A DNA stretch of 64,000 nucleotides from Octopus vulgaris (taxonomy: Eukaryota), in NCBI GenBank assembly GCA_951406725.2, contig OX597814.1, positions 155,682,001-155,746,000 of the forward strand. Direction: 5' to 3'. The notes under the pieces are model-generated. The model saw nothing but the letters and a program-made list of their open reading frames with translations, ran no database searches and had not been told where the DNA came from. Positions 38,833 through 52,829 of this stretch are shown here, in pieces. Position numbers and translations under genes: made by a program. Within the stretch, counting starts at the first letter, position 1. Each line of letters begins with the position of its first letter.

Positions 38833-39120
38833 ATATTTTAGTTTAGTTTGTCAATATTGCTTTATTGTACTCGTATAGTACAACATCGCATTCATCTTCT
38901 TTCTCAGGAATGGCGCCAACCAATTTAGTTAGACACCAGAACAGCTGGTATCAAATGTGTTCTGACATTTCATAATGACATTCTGTACAGAACATCAATT
39001 AATAATATCCAATAGCTGTTTTCATTTTGTTTGTGACCAATGAGCCCCTACTTCCCAGATAATTGAAACAAACACATTTACTGACACTTACATTTGCAAC
39101 CACACAACCACACACGTCAA

Positions 39121-39157
<37 letters not shown>

Positions 39158-39242
39158 TTAGAGACAAAACCACTATTTTGCAAAACAAACAAGGAAAGAC
39201 TTAATCAATACATAAAATTTTAATAAAAAGTCAAAAAAACCG

Positions 39243-39285
39243 CCACTACAATTGTTTCTTGTCTTGATCGACAATCTTCAGGTGG
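39243..39285 (-). ncRNA. Intact minimal type I hammerhead ribozyme
   Basis: Minus strand reads CCAC-CUGAAGA-UUGUC-GAUCAA-GACAA-GAAAC-AAUU-GUA/GUGG. Stem I CCAC/GUGG and stem II UUGUC/GACAA pair perfectly, all core residues are present, stem III is the palindrome ACAAUUGU and the cleavage triplet is GUA. Confidence 0.9.
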
Positions 39286-39654
39286 ACTTCCAATCTAAAA
39301 TATCAATATTTTAAAATATAAAAATAATAATTTTAAAATAATTAAAGTATTAATGAAAAAATATAAATATATAATCTATTTATAACCTATATATAATCCA
39401 TATATAATCAATATATAAACAATATATAAACTAAAATAAACCTATCAACAATTAAATATAAAATATAAAATATAAAATATAAAACAAAACAAAAATAAAC
39501 TATATATACACCCATACACATATAACTAATTATATATAACCATATCTAAATACATACACTAAATCACACACCTATATATATATATCCCTATACATACACA
39601 TAAAAACGTCTAGGCAACGATAAATAAATAAAATAGCTAAATACTTCAACACTA

Positions 39655-41665
39655 CTACGAATTCCTTATCAAAACTACCATGATAAACCAAAACTCATAA
39701 AAACATATAATGATAAAATCTCCCTTTACTAAACTCTATAACATACCTATATAGCAATCCCCCTAACCTAAACATTCACACACAAATACACACACGTAAA
39801 CCACACACCCACGACATATACAAATACCCACCCCACTTACACATACCTATACATACATATAAACCACAACATATACTCCAAAAACCCACTCAACCCCACA
39901 CAGACAAATAAACACATACATCCCCAAACCTAAATAGCAAACCCATAAACACATTCACACACAAATATACATACGTAAAACACACACCATATACATATAC
40001 ATACTCACCAAACTCGATATATACAACAATATTAACACACCCACATTCATACAGATAAACAAACTACACAACCAAAATACGCACACACTCACACACAATC
40101 CCACATACATAAACACTCCAAAGAAAAACAACATTATTACACATAATACGATATATAATATACATCGTAAGTAACCAGAATATCAAAAATAACAATATGA
40201 CATAAGGAGAAATAATATACATACTTTCAAGTCAGTTTCAAATTATGAAGTGAAATTAAATTCTAATCCGTTAAAAAGATCAAACCAAATTACGTTACCA
40301 TAGGAACATAACTTATGTATAAAAAGAATACGCGCTATTGAAGCAAACCTCACTTAAAATTATGAATGGAGAAATAGAATAAATGGAATTAAAAATTATA
40401 TACACGCGGTAAACCAACATTATTTAAAAAAATTATGAATGGATTCTTTTATAAAACTACCATGATAAACTAAAACTCACAAAAAACATAAATGATAAAA
40501 CCTCCCTTTACTAATCCCTATAACATACTTATATAGCAATCCCTTTAACCTATACATTCACACACAAATACACACACGTAAACCACACACCCATAACAAA
40601 TACAAACACCCACCCCACCCACACACACCCACAAGTACATATAAGCCTCAACATATACACCAAACAAAATTACGTTACCAAGGAACTTAACATATGTATA
40701 AAAAGTATTCCCGCTCTGGAAACGAACATCTTTTAAAATTATGAATGGAGAAATGGAATAAATGGAATTAAAAATAATATTCACGTGGCAAAACGAACAC
40801 CACTCAAAAATTATGAATGAAACAATGTAATAAAACAACAAACATCGTAAATAGACAAATTACCACGAATTCCCTAAAAAAAACCATGATAAACCAAAAC
40901 TCATAAAAACATATAACGATAAAATCTCCCTTTGCTAAACTCTATAACAAACCTATATAGCAATCCCCCTAACCTAAACATTCACACACAAATACACACA
41001 CGTAAACCACAGACCCACGACTTATACAAATACCCACCTCACTCACACATACCTATACTAACTTATAAACCTCAATATGCACCAAAAACCCACTCCCTCC
41101 CCACACAGACGAAATAACACATACATCCCCAAACCTATATAACAAACCCATATACACATTCACACACAAACACACACACACGCAAAACACACACACACAA
41201 CAGATACATATACTCCCTCACATATACGCATATACATACTCACTAAACTCGATATATACAACAATATTTACACACCCACACTCATACAGATAAATAAATT
41301 ATACAACTAAAAAACGCACACACTCACACACAATCTCACATACATAAACACTCCAATAAAAACAACATTAAATACATCGTAATTAACCAGAATATCAAAA
41401 ATAACAATATGACATAAGGAGAAATAAAATACATACTTACAAGTCAGTTTCAAATTATGAAGTGAAATTAAATTCTAAGCCGTTAAAAAAATCAAACCAA
41501 AAATTACGTTACCATAGAAACATAACTAATGTATAAAAAGAATACGCGCCATGGAAAGCAAACGTCATTTAAAATTATGAATGGAGAAATAGAATAAATG
41601 GAACTAAAAACTATATCCACGTGGCAAACCAACACTACTTAAAAAAATTATTATGAATGGATTAT
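39655..41665. repeat. Tandem array of three C/A-rich units (~800, ~380 internally deleted, ~800 bp)
   Basis: ccatgataaacYaaaactca...ctccctttRctaa...cattcacacacaaatacacacacgtaaaccaca and aaattacgttacca...ttatgaatggagaaatRgaataaatggaa recur in units starting at about 39655, 40452 and 40862. Confidence 0.92.
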
Positions 41666-41839
41666 TTAATATACACCAAACAAAATTCATGTGTGAAAAA
41701 TAATTGTTGTATTAAAAATATATAAGTAAATAAATATGAATATGTATAAAAAATATATGTAAATATGTATAAATATATAATGTATGTGACAGTTTAAAAG
41801 TTTTGAATTACGATCGTTTCAAAGAAGTGTTGTTCCTAT

Positions 41840-41980
41840 AATGAAATCCCATATTGATAAGCATTTATAGATAACTCTTCTGCTCTTCAGCGATATAGAA
41901 TTTGAGTTTTGTATGACATATCGAATGGTAGGTTTTTTAAAATTTGAAGTAATACTATAAAATGGTGATTGTGTGAGAGG
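41840..41980 (-). pseudogene. Possible C-terminus of a PLE GIY-YIG domain
   Basis: HNHHFIVLLQILKNLP...QILYR*RAEELSINAYQYGISL* loosely resembles R...E..WI..L....YGLN. Confidence 0.3.
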
Positions 41981-42274
41981 TACATAAAAAATTAAAGATT
42001 ACTGCTTTTGGTGAGAGTCTTTAAATCCATATATACTTCCTTGGTTAGTCTTCTGCAATAATCCATAATATTCATATGTCGGAGCCATATCATATCATGC
42101 AACACACGAAGGCTATCTGTGCTGGAATGAAGTCTATTCCTCCGTGCACTCTTCTGAGATACAGTCTGTTGAGATAACTTTCCTATGGAAATTTGCAGCT
42201 ATTCTCAGTTTCTTACGGGCTTTAATATACGAGATGCGGATTTCCTAAATAGACAATCAGAGTAACTTAAATGT

Positions 42275-42420
42275 TGCTTCGCGTTAGGGTTGGGAAGGAC
42301 AGCTCGCCATAGGAACTATGCCAAACCGATTTTGGATATCACCGTAATGTTGAACCCTATCAAACTGTCAAAACCTTGCCAGAAGAGATATTAAATGATG
42401 ACGAAGTTATGATGATGAGG
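42275..42420 (+). mobile_element. Decayed SINE 3' part with (GAT)n tail (family E)
   Basis: gggttgggaaggacagctcgccatagg...ttaaatgatgacgaagttatgatgatga. Confidence 0.5.
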
Positions 42421-42694
42421 TCTCTCTCTCTCTCTCTCTCTCACACAGACACACAGACACACACACAGATAAACACAGACACACACAAACACACACACAG
42501 AGACACACACACACACACACAGACACACACACAGGATGCACTCTCCAGGCGAAGACTATGTATGACAGTTCAGCTTTTGTCGAATGACGTGCACAAGTAT
42601 TTTGTTTATAGTGATCAAATGTTCGTGCCACACATTAGGTCACTCACTCCCTCAAATCGACGTTGATTGAAGAGATGCACATTGTCCCACGCAT

Positions 42695-42828
42695 CAGTTG
42701 TCGAAGTGATCACAGAGTAACGTGAAATGTTTTGCTCAAGAACACAACATACCCACCCTTTCTAGGAATTAATCTCACGATTACGAGATCGTGAGAGAAA
42801 CACCCTAACTGTGTACTCCAAGACCCCT

Positions 42829-42831
<3 letters not shown>
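42695..42831 (-). mobile_element. SINE family D-like head (CORE-like)
   Basis: aacgtgaaatgttttgctcaagaacacaac is the reverse complement of the core in the 60080 copy. Confidence 0.65.
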
Positions 42832-42911
<80 letters not shown>

Positions 42912-42939
42912 CATATATATATATATAGAGAGAGAGAAA

Positions 42940-43312
42940 GGCGCAGACGTGGCTGTGTGACAAGAAACTTGTTTCCCAAGCGCATGTTTCCATGTTCCAA
43001 CCCACTGTGTGGCAGCTTGGGCAAGTATCTTCTACTACACTCTCGGGTCCGCCCACCCAAAGTGTTGTATATATATGGATGTTTGTATAGATTTATGTGT
43101 GTGTCGTTCTGTCTGTGTTTATCGCTCTACAACTACCTTACAACTGGTGTTGATGTGTTTACGTGCCCGTAACTTAGCGGTACGGAAAAAATTGATTGAT
43201 AAAATACTTGCTATGTTTTAAGGTAATTTGTCCTACTATCGATTTGTTCAACTAAAATCATTCAAAGTAGTGCTCAAGAATGACTGTAGTGAAATGTCTA
43301 AGACAAGTAAAA
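42940..43312 (+). mobile_element. SINE family B, decayed full length
   Basis: ggcgcagacgtggctgtgtg...cccactgtgtggcagcttgggcaagt...gtgtttacgtgcccgtaacttagcgg...acaagtaaaa. Confidence 0.8.
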
Positions 43313-43859
43313 ACTTATATATATAGGTATGTATGTATATGTATGTACAGACATCTATAGAAAGGTATATTGTTGAAGATGTTTCTTTCAATTTTATTAC
43401 ATAAAAATATTCGCTTAGTCTTCTTGCAAATTTTATGATTATTGTTATATTACATAATTTGATTACACTTCAAACTTACTGTAGTGATTTGCTAGTCAAT
43501 ATTGTCAATAAACTTGTGAAATTTGTTTTTATTAATATCGAATTTTGTCAGATGTCTTATACTGGTTTTAGTATTTTCGTTGTTAGCAATTTAATATTCA
43601 ATAATGCTGAGGTTGTTCACACCTGTCTGGGAGCTGAAAATGTTATAGTGGACATATATTTTCCTATTCATAACGTTGTTGTCATTGCCAGCTATCATTT
43701 TGCCGAAATGTTGATACAATTACATTGTTAGATATCTATGTCTGCTGTAATATGACACAAAAGTTTACAGACAAACGAATGTATTCGATACCATTAGCCT
43801 AAGTTTGTCATCTTCAACTTAATATATAAAATGAAATAACATTTTATTTACAAAACTAA

Positions 43860-44000
43860 TCTTATATATAAAATAGAACTCTGTGTGTATGCATGTGTCT
43901 ATGTGTTTGCATGTGTCTATTCCTTTTTCACGCGAAAATAGCTGTGCGAATTGGTTCTATATTTGGGGTGCATGAATAATTTGACCTGGGATACATAATA
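43860..44000 (+). mobile_element. Putative non-autonomous Helitron 5' end
   Basis: a|tcttatatataaaa...tgtgtgtatg...ttcacgcgaaaatagctg resembles recalled invertebrate Helitron 5' termini; no CTRR 3' end identified. Confidence 0.4.
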
Positions 44001-44360
44001 CGGTCTTCATTCTATTTTTTTTATTATTGAAAATAAATAATATTGCTTTATATATAGGATTCACTTCTTTAAAAATGTTTTTCAATGTCAACTTCCTGTA
44101 TTTTAATATTTTCATTCTCATTTCGTGTTTTAATTCCCTATTTGCGAACATGTACAGTAAATTACTGAAAGAAACATTTACTAAGCAAGTGAGATTTTTT
44201 ATAAATTGAATTTTTGAAGAAAATTTGCTTTCTGAACTTCCATTTATTGAATATTTCAAGTTCACAAATTTAAATATTTGGTACAATATAGTTTTTATGG
44301 AGCTTTTATACGATTTCTTCATTTCTCTGTTTGCAATGTTCTCTCACCCACGCAAACACC

Positions 44361-44378
44361 GTCTCTCTAATATAAACA

Positions 44379-44457
<79 letters not shown>

Positions 44458-44520
44458 ACACACACTGTCTCTCTAATATAAACACACACGCTGTCTCTGT
44501 AATATGAAACACACTCACAC
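44361..44520. repeat. (CA)n flanked by direct repeat gtctctctaatataaacacac
   Basis: Two exact copies and one variant copy of the motif surround the (CA)n tract. Confidence 0.85.
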
Positions 44521-45097
44521 ACTGCAGGTTTGAATTTGTTATTACACAAATATCACATTAGAATTTTGCAATTCAACATTGGGCGTACAGAAGAATATGG
44601 ACATTTTCCGCATACAGATACAAGGTATGATCAACTTTGACTGTCGAACACCTAAATTAATTCAGTTTGCCACCATAAACGTTTCTGTCCCTTTAAAAAC
44701 GAATTCATTTATAAAGAGATTTTACCCACTTCAAAAACTAAATATTACAGTCTGCATACCAAAACTCCTTGACGGTATATCAGTGTGATTAACATAATGC
44801 TTTACTTCAAAGTAAATTTAGTTTGCTGTACACTTAAAATTTGCTATAGTAATAAATATCTTATAAATGATATTTTCTTTAGTTTTTACTGCTATTTAAT
44901 TAAAGGTTGATCAATAAACATATCCACGAGCAAAAGCATTAAGTATTTACGGTTAAATTTTTCAATGTGTGCTTCAATTACTAAGACGGAAGAGTAAGAT
45001 ATGTAAGCAATTTCGTTAGTAGTTCCTGTGACCTAGTAAGGGATTTCACATAATAATTAACTATTGGTAGCCATATGAAGATATATGCTAATATTAC

Positions 45098-45270
45098 CGG
45101 AAGAAATGCTTAGCGACATATTTTCTAACTTAAAGTTCTGAGTTCAAATTTCGCTAGCGTTGACTTTTTCATTATATCGAGGTCGATGAACCAGTTAATC
45201 ACAGGGGTTGACGTAATCGATTTACTCGCTCCTCGAAAGTGCTGGCCTTGTACCAAAATTTGAAACCAAT
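45098..45270 (+). mobile_element. SINE family C, decayed
   Basis: gaaatgcttagcg...gttctgagttcaaattt...gttgacttt...ggtcgat...ggccttgtaccaaaatttgaaacc. Confidence 0.7.
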
Positions 45271-48200
45271 ATGTGCATAACTACTGAAAAGGCTGATACA
45301 TTTACACATTACATGGTCATGTGTGGTAACCTTTATCCACATCGATTTGCCTTGTATATTATTATTGGAAGCATTTAACAAACAATTATGTTGATATTCA
45401 ACTTGAAAGAAAAAAAATTATCAAAAGTACTATATTTCTGATTTAATATTTTGATTATTGTACTTGGATAAAAAAAAATCATTATTTTTAAGCTAACTAT
45501 ATAGGTTGAAAACAAACGCTATCAATTATAATATTGATTTGCTTTTAACTTATGCAACTGCGAAAGAGTTTTATCAAATCAACTTTAACAAGAGCTGTTT
45601 ATTTACAGATCAATAACAGTATGAAGTGTTAAAAATAACAGCAAGCAAAACAAAGTAATTGATATTACGTGTGTTTCGTCAACAGTATGTAATTATTTAG
45701 AAGGCCTATCTAAATATTTGTGAATACATTCCTTATGTTTTCTTCATTTTCCCTGGCTATCAAGTAAGCATATCAAGATTATAAGGGAAACTTTCTGGTG
45801 TGATTGAAGCCGATAACTTGATAAAGTATTTCAGTTTGACGGGAAATATCGACAAGTGTCTACTGTCTTCGGAAATGTAATTTCCTAAGATTGTTATTTT
45901 ATTTTTAGATAAACTTATGTATTGCTTCAATCGTTATCCACCAATAACACTAGTAAATATCATACACACATAAATTCATATACACTGAGGCACGCAAATG
46001 AGATGTATACATACCTATATATATATAAGTACACGTATGCATACGCGCATGCATAGATATATGTGAGTGTCTTTGCGTTTGCGTGTGTGTACATGTGTAC
46101 GTATATGTATATTTATGTGTGTAAATATGTACGTATATAAATATTTATATATATTCACTGATACAATAGCAGATTCTTTGCCAGATGTTTTTACTCGTTA
46201 TCTTTTGATCACTTAATGTTTGTTTTAAAGTTCTAAATTCGCACTTCTAATCTCCTCTTTAAACACTGATCTTTAAAAAAAAACGTTGTTCCTTAGTCGA
46301 TTTAAGCTCACAAGCATGCCTACGTCATACACAACAACAACAATAACATCAACAATAAGAACACTGGGGAAATGTGATAAATATCACCAGCTATAAACAA
46401 TGCCGCAGTAGAATGAATAACATAAGTTTGATAGTTATATTAAAATAACGAAAATGTAATTAACGAAGCAATAAATAAATTCTAAAGAGCAACGTTTAGT
46501 TCGAGAATACGCACTAATAGAATTTTATAGAGCTTCGGCAATTTTTTGTTAACCTTTGCTTTATTAAAATGTGTGTAATTAAAACAATGATCTAGTTGTC
46601 GCCACTTCCAGTAACACACACGCTTATGCAAATGACACACCCATTCATTCCTCCGCAATCTTCTTTAGTCATGTATCATTCCATATGCAAGTTAGATACC
46701 ATACGTCAAAACTTGCTTGATTCCGTAAACGCATATCTTGAGCGCATCCTCCAGCGTTGAGGTGCCAAACTTTTCCTCTTTTAGTTGCACAACCGCGAAA
46801 ACAAAAATCTCACTCAATTCTACTCTAACAAAAAAATCTACTGTGCTACATTTCTTATGAATCCGAGTGGCACTCAGCTATCCGTCTCACAGTGGATCCA
46901 AAGGCTGGGTTTGATTATCACCAAGGCTTTCTAGTGGCGAAATGATATCCATGGCATCATTAGTACTAATTTCTAAAGATTGGCCTTTCTGTTTTTGGAC
47001 AGAGAGTAATTAAGCGCCCAACTGCTGCTGGTACTTTACAAGAGTTAAGGGTAGTACACAATGCTCTCACATCTAGGACGTTGTTGCTACTATGCACACT
47101 GATATCATGGATCATACAGCTAAATGACACTCCATTGGTTATAAATGCTTTCCAGCCTCCGACTGGTATGCATCTAGCATCAAATTTCTCCTTTTTAAAT
47201 AGTACTATAATGACCTCTTCTCTTCATACATGGTTGACCTCATACCAATATCATTCAGGTAGCCCTGATTTACTCTTCCCTATAACTTTGGTGGGGTGAA
47301 GTGGCGATCCAACTCTCTTACTCTGCATTAGGCACTATACTTATTCAACCATCATCAAAGAACTGGACCTTTCGAATTCCAGCAGTTTAAACAAAGCAAA
47401 AACTTCCTCTTAATTCACTCACACGGATTACGTCACAAACGTTCAAACACACACACACACACATTTTAGGGAAGTACGTACATCGCAATGCTCTTCGTAA
47501 AATTCCATTTCTTGTCATATGTTTGAAGCTAGGAAGAACAGGATTACTCATTACAATATAGCATTGAGGTTGGTGATTTACTGTATCTTGTATGGCATCT
47601 CATCTGTCTGAATTGAAATTACACATAAATTAATGAAAAGACGACGTGATCGAGATGTTCGACCAATTTTGACAATACGGAATATTAAGGAATGACGCTA
47701 AAGCACGGGGAATTAATGGATGGCTTGGTTATAGCAAAATCATATTAATTGTGTTGTTATAGCTTGCATGAAATGCATGAATGAAACTGTTTAAATTAAA
47801 CACTTTTATGAATCATATATATTGTGTTAAAACTTTTAGCAAAAGCCAAAGAGGAGCCATTACAAGAACTACATCGCTTTGATAAGGAATCGGATAATAC
47901 GTTTCATCTTCGATTCTCACTTAGAACTATTGATTTCTGACTGTTGGGGAATTGAATCGCCGATTCAAATTTAACTACATTTCATATTCAGCAACGCCAA
48001 TGAAATTTAGAAACAGTTTTGCTTCTCAGGACTGTTACAGCACCTTTACGTTTTTATTTAGGAAAAAGTCGCCTCCGATCCTTACCGAGTCAATACAACA
48101 ATTTTAAGGGGGTTTCTCAGAATTGTGAGACTTGTGCTTAAATTAGAAATTTGTTCTCATAAGCCTAATCAATATTTACAGAAAATGCTGGCGAATGTTT

Positions 48201-49654
48201 TAATGTACTTTGCACATTACGGTAGAGCGGAGTTGGAGATCTGAAAGTGAATGCGATTCAACTTTACATATGCCAGAATGTCCTTCGGAAAAGCATAAAA
48301 GCCAAACATCCCATTTTCTCCCCGATATTATAGGTCTTTCATGTCTATTCAAATGATAACAATTCTTCAATAATAGAATAAGTTCTATTATTTGTTCATC
48401 CTTTCTTCAAAATTAAACTTTCAACACACTTTCCTTAATTTAATTATTTTTCTCTACCGATTCACAATCAGGGGAATTTAATCAATGCCAATTTAACAAT
48501 ATTTGTATACACCATGGAAATTATCTTGATTCTTATTCATTTTATGCGAATAGAACTGTATCTTTTTCTTATTCATTTAGATCATTCTTTTCATTGTTGA
48601 AGACCTTTAAATTATAGTGGTATGAATATCTCTTACATTTCTTCTTTCCAAACCCTATAGATTATCAACGAAGAAGTTCAGGTTGCCAATACAAAGAAAC
48701 CAATATTTAATTAGATGTTATGTTGAAGGTTGTTGTCCAAGAAGTAATCTCTCAGGATTGTAAGGCTGAGAAGCACTATCAACTACTAAATGATGCTTAT
48801 TCACACCCATTATATCGATGATACCTTTGGGAAAGTCATGGAAACGTAATTTCTTTAAACTCCTCATATTTCTTTAAAGAAATGAGAAGTAAAACCTTGC
48901 AAATAATAAAAATATTGGTTTATGTTTCTACAAGAACAAATATGAAGCAATTTTATGTTTTAAACCAAGTAAAACGCACTGAACTAAACAATCCTATTCT
49001 TGTTTTTAGTTGCTAGATATCAGATAAAAGTGTAAATTCACAAAATTTATTTTACGTATTTTATAGTTATATATATATATGTGTGTGTGTGTCAAAACCA
49101 ACTTTAATATCAAATTTGCTTTTCATATTTTTGTATTATTGCTTTTACTCTAAGTTTAATGCAATGTCATACAAAAATGGGTGGAGAATCATGGCTTGTA
49201 TAAAGTTCCGGTATGCCAGAAATATGATAGAATCACCTGGGGAGTGAAAGCAAGCTACAATAGATCTTCAGTACTCCAGTACTTACTAAATTTACATTAT
49301 TTTTACATAAAATATCTAAGGCTACCGTGCTAGATATAGTTTGTCTTGGACTACGTGACTTAAGGAATCCTTCTATTCTTAAAATGGTAGAAAATGATAT
49401 GAGAGAAATTAGACTACTCTTTCTAGTCATTAAATAACCATCCACAAGAATCTCACGCCGTTTCAACTAATATTCATATTCACATGCTGTTCAATAAAAC
49501 ACTGTTTAAATGTGTACATTAATAATCAGAGCTATGAATGAAAGGGGTATCTAAGAACATGTTTTGAATTAGCGGAAAAGGAAATTGCATGATAAACAAT
49601 TTAAGTCCTAATTGTACTATGATAATTAACAAAAGGCAGGACAAGATATTTAAC

Positions 49655-49808
49655 AGTATTTTTTCTAACATTTCGTCCGTCTTTACTTTTCATCCTTTCG
49701 GGGTCGATAACATAAAGTAGCAGTTTAGCAATGAGACCAGTGTAATCAACAATTCCCCTCCACCTACAAACAAAAATTCAAGCCTTGTGCCAACAATAGA
49801 AAGAATTC
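49655..49808 (+). mobile_element. SINE family C, decayed and deleted
   Basis: atttcgtccgtcttta...tcatcctttcggggtcgataa...gccttgtgccaacaatagaaag. Confidence 0.7.
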
Positions 49809-50887
49809 TAATAATTCTCCAAAATTTTCTGAGAGAAATTTGGGAAACAAATCTGCACTGGAGAGACAGGTACGTTTTCGGTGAGGAAGTTAATTCATGT
49901 CCCCATTTACCATTATCACATGAGTGTCTTTAATGAAGACCACTCTGTTGTTTGATGACATATGGTCTAAGAATAAACTTTCTCCCTTACGTTCACTTGT
50001 CTCTGAGTTCCTGAAGAAACAACGATGTCTAGAGTCTAGCGCTTTCTACAAGTTTAAATATAAATGCATTTGTTGTTGGAAATCACTGTCGGTTTCGGTG
50101 GAACATACTCTGAGCAACATCTTACAGCAATCAATTTATTTAGACTATGAAATATGTATCCACTATCTACGCTGTTAATTGATGACAGCAGTAAGTATTT
50201 ATTTATGAGACATTTATTTTGCAACTGAGCATGTGAAATATATTGGTAATGCACGTAACCCGAGGAATATTGCAATAAAAAAATTACGAAACTCATAAGC
50301 AACCCTCTATTAAACTCTTTTTATCTCCAAATTAATTAAAATAATGACAACAATCGGAGAGCTACCTACTGGTTTCAAGTTCTATTAACTTACAGCAAAC
50401 TAAAAAACAAATGTTTAATTCCAAATCACATGTCTATCAACTAAACGCATTGAAGATTCCATCAATTATTAAAATATGAAAACAAACGAACAATATAGTC
50501 GATTTTACTGAAACATAATTGCCACGTTTATCATTTTTCGCATATTTTACTTCAAATCCTGCTCTTAAAATATTATGGTTGCAAATGAATGAACTGTCAG
50601 GAAGGGCAGTTTATCTGACAAAACCATTTGCAATAATCAGTCTTCTCTTTTCCGTTCTGAGATCAGATTAAGCACGTGTAACTTAAATGAAAATTTACAA
50701 GAATGTGTATGAAATATATTAATAAATTGAAAGAGGAGCTCGATAAAAGTTTTACATTCCTCATTTAAAATAATGAAAATGAACGGAAACAAAGGACAAG
50801 GCTTGAAAGGGGTCATGTTGAATATAATAATTTAATTATTTTATGCACATTGCGAAGAACGGAGAAATATGGAAAATGGTTACAACA

Positions 50888-51050
50888 TTGATTTCAAATT
50901 TTGGCTCTAGGCCAGCAAATCCGGGGCAAATAAGTCGATTACATGGATCCCAGTGTTCGATTAGTACTTATTTTATCGATTTCGAAGGATGAACGGCAAA
51001 GTCAACCTCATCGAAATTCGAAATGCCGCTAAGCATTTTGCCTGGCGTGT
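50888..51050 (-). mobile_element. SINE family C, decayed
   Basis: taagtcgattac...gtacttattttatcga...aaggatgaacggcaaagtcaacctc...gctaagcattttgcctggcgtg. Confidence 0.75.
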
Positions 51051-52604
51051 TACCTAAGAGATTACATTATTACAGCATTAATGGCTTATGCAGAAAAATA
51101 AATTCATAACTGATTTTCTTGATGCATACTTACTATATTAGCTGCGGGTAATAGAGCTTGTAAATGATAATTGTTTATGGAAAGTGTATCCTTATCGCCA
51201 GTTTTTAGCTGCTGAAGTAGCATCGTTATGTCAGTGTTATTCCTGAGGATAAGTAAAACTATGTAACACAAAAGATGAACTCTAAGCTATATATTTGAAA
51301 TCTTCATTTCAAATATGTTGTTTAAAATTATGCATCATCTTATTTATGTTAAATTCTGTCCTTCGACTTCAGAATATTCAACATATACTGAGAATGTAAT
51401 GTTTTACTAGTACTTGCAATATATTTTTGTGGGGATATTGTGACAAGGAGTAAACGGACATTGTTGTGCAAATCGTCGTGAAAGTTCTTGCTTCATTTGC
51501 CCGACACGTACAGCTCTCCGTGAGCAGAGAAACATAGATACAGTAATAGAAATAAAATTTGCCTAAAAGTGTTACTGCTGTTAAGTAGGTGACCAAAAGC
51601 AGAGTCTGGCGATATGTATCTCTTATACATAGAATAATACAATGTTAAAATTTAGCTGAATGGGCCGGAATTACAAATTCTGAATGAGCATGATAATATA
51701 TTTTCAGAGAAGTATATTTTTAAAGACAAATATACAGACTGTGAACTAGCCTTGCAATAAGCACCATGTGTTATAACATGTCTGTCGCCTCTTCCACAAT
51801 AAATTACCTTACAGAGGAATTCTTTTGAGGAATGTAGTTTTAGCAATGATGCTGAATATGATACTCCATGTGCTTCATCAACTATTGTTTTCCAAATCTA
51901 TTGAGTCAAAAGCGTTTGAATAGACTTGTGGGCAATTTAGGAGTTGATAAAATAAAAGTGATTTATTTGATTACTCTTGCCATAAAACGTGATCAATTTA
52001 CCACCACAATATTATATTTTCTGCAATATTTATTTTCTACCACAATATTATATTTTCTACGACTTAGATCAATATGTAAATAATTATTACGTTAGGAAAG
52101 AAGCTTTAACATGATTCTAGTAAATGGAATGGCATAACTGTCCTACATTGTAATAACAACAAGTGAACACAACTGAAGCGTATGTAACTATTCTGAAGTA
52201 ATCTCATGAATTCGTTACACTTCTGTTAACTCGTTGATAAAGATGAATAAAATAACATATAATGGAATATACAACGTATCATATATCAAAAAGAAAAATA
52301 ATACGAATTCGGTAAATGCGGTATGCAGTATAAAGATCTTATAGATCCTGAAAAAATACTGTAATACTGTCCTCAACTTCTAAAAATTTTTACCCCGGAT
52401 GATTTTCGATGAGTAACGTCACCACTGAATACCGAAGTGAATGGTCTACCGAAAGCAAACGGTTTGAGCTATTTTGTAACTTCTTTCGATTTGAATCTAA
52501 TGCATTTCACTACTACTAAACACAAATGCTCTTGATAAATAGATGGAAGTCTCCCAATTTTAATTCTTCATTGTTAATTTGATAGCTTTTATTATGACGT
52601 TTCT

Positions 52605-52829
52605 TATTTCTTTACTACCCACAAGTGACTACACACAGAGGGGACAAGGAAGGACAGACAAACGGATTAAGTCAGTTACATCGACCCCAGTGCGTACTTA
52701 TTTAATAGACCCCTAAAGGATAAAGGGCAAAGTCGACCTCGGCGGAATTTGAACTCAGAACGTAGCGGCAGGCGGAATACTGCTAAGCATTTCGCCCGGC
52801 GTGCTTACGTTTCTGCCAGCTCGCCGCCT
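52605..52829 (-). mobile_element. SINE family C, full length with TSD
   Basis: Reverse complement starts ggcggcgagctggcagaaacg. TSD ttatgacgtttct at 52592-52604 and 52835-52847. Confidence 0.93.

Noticed and set aside
47040-47340. Higher-GC patch, possible LINE endonuclease remnant or exon
   Set aside because: No convincing APE motif or splice-bounded open frame.
49233-49466. Non-repetitive 77-aa ORF as a host exon candidate
   Set aside because: No recognisable domain, and its length is within chance expectation.
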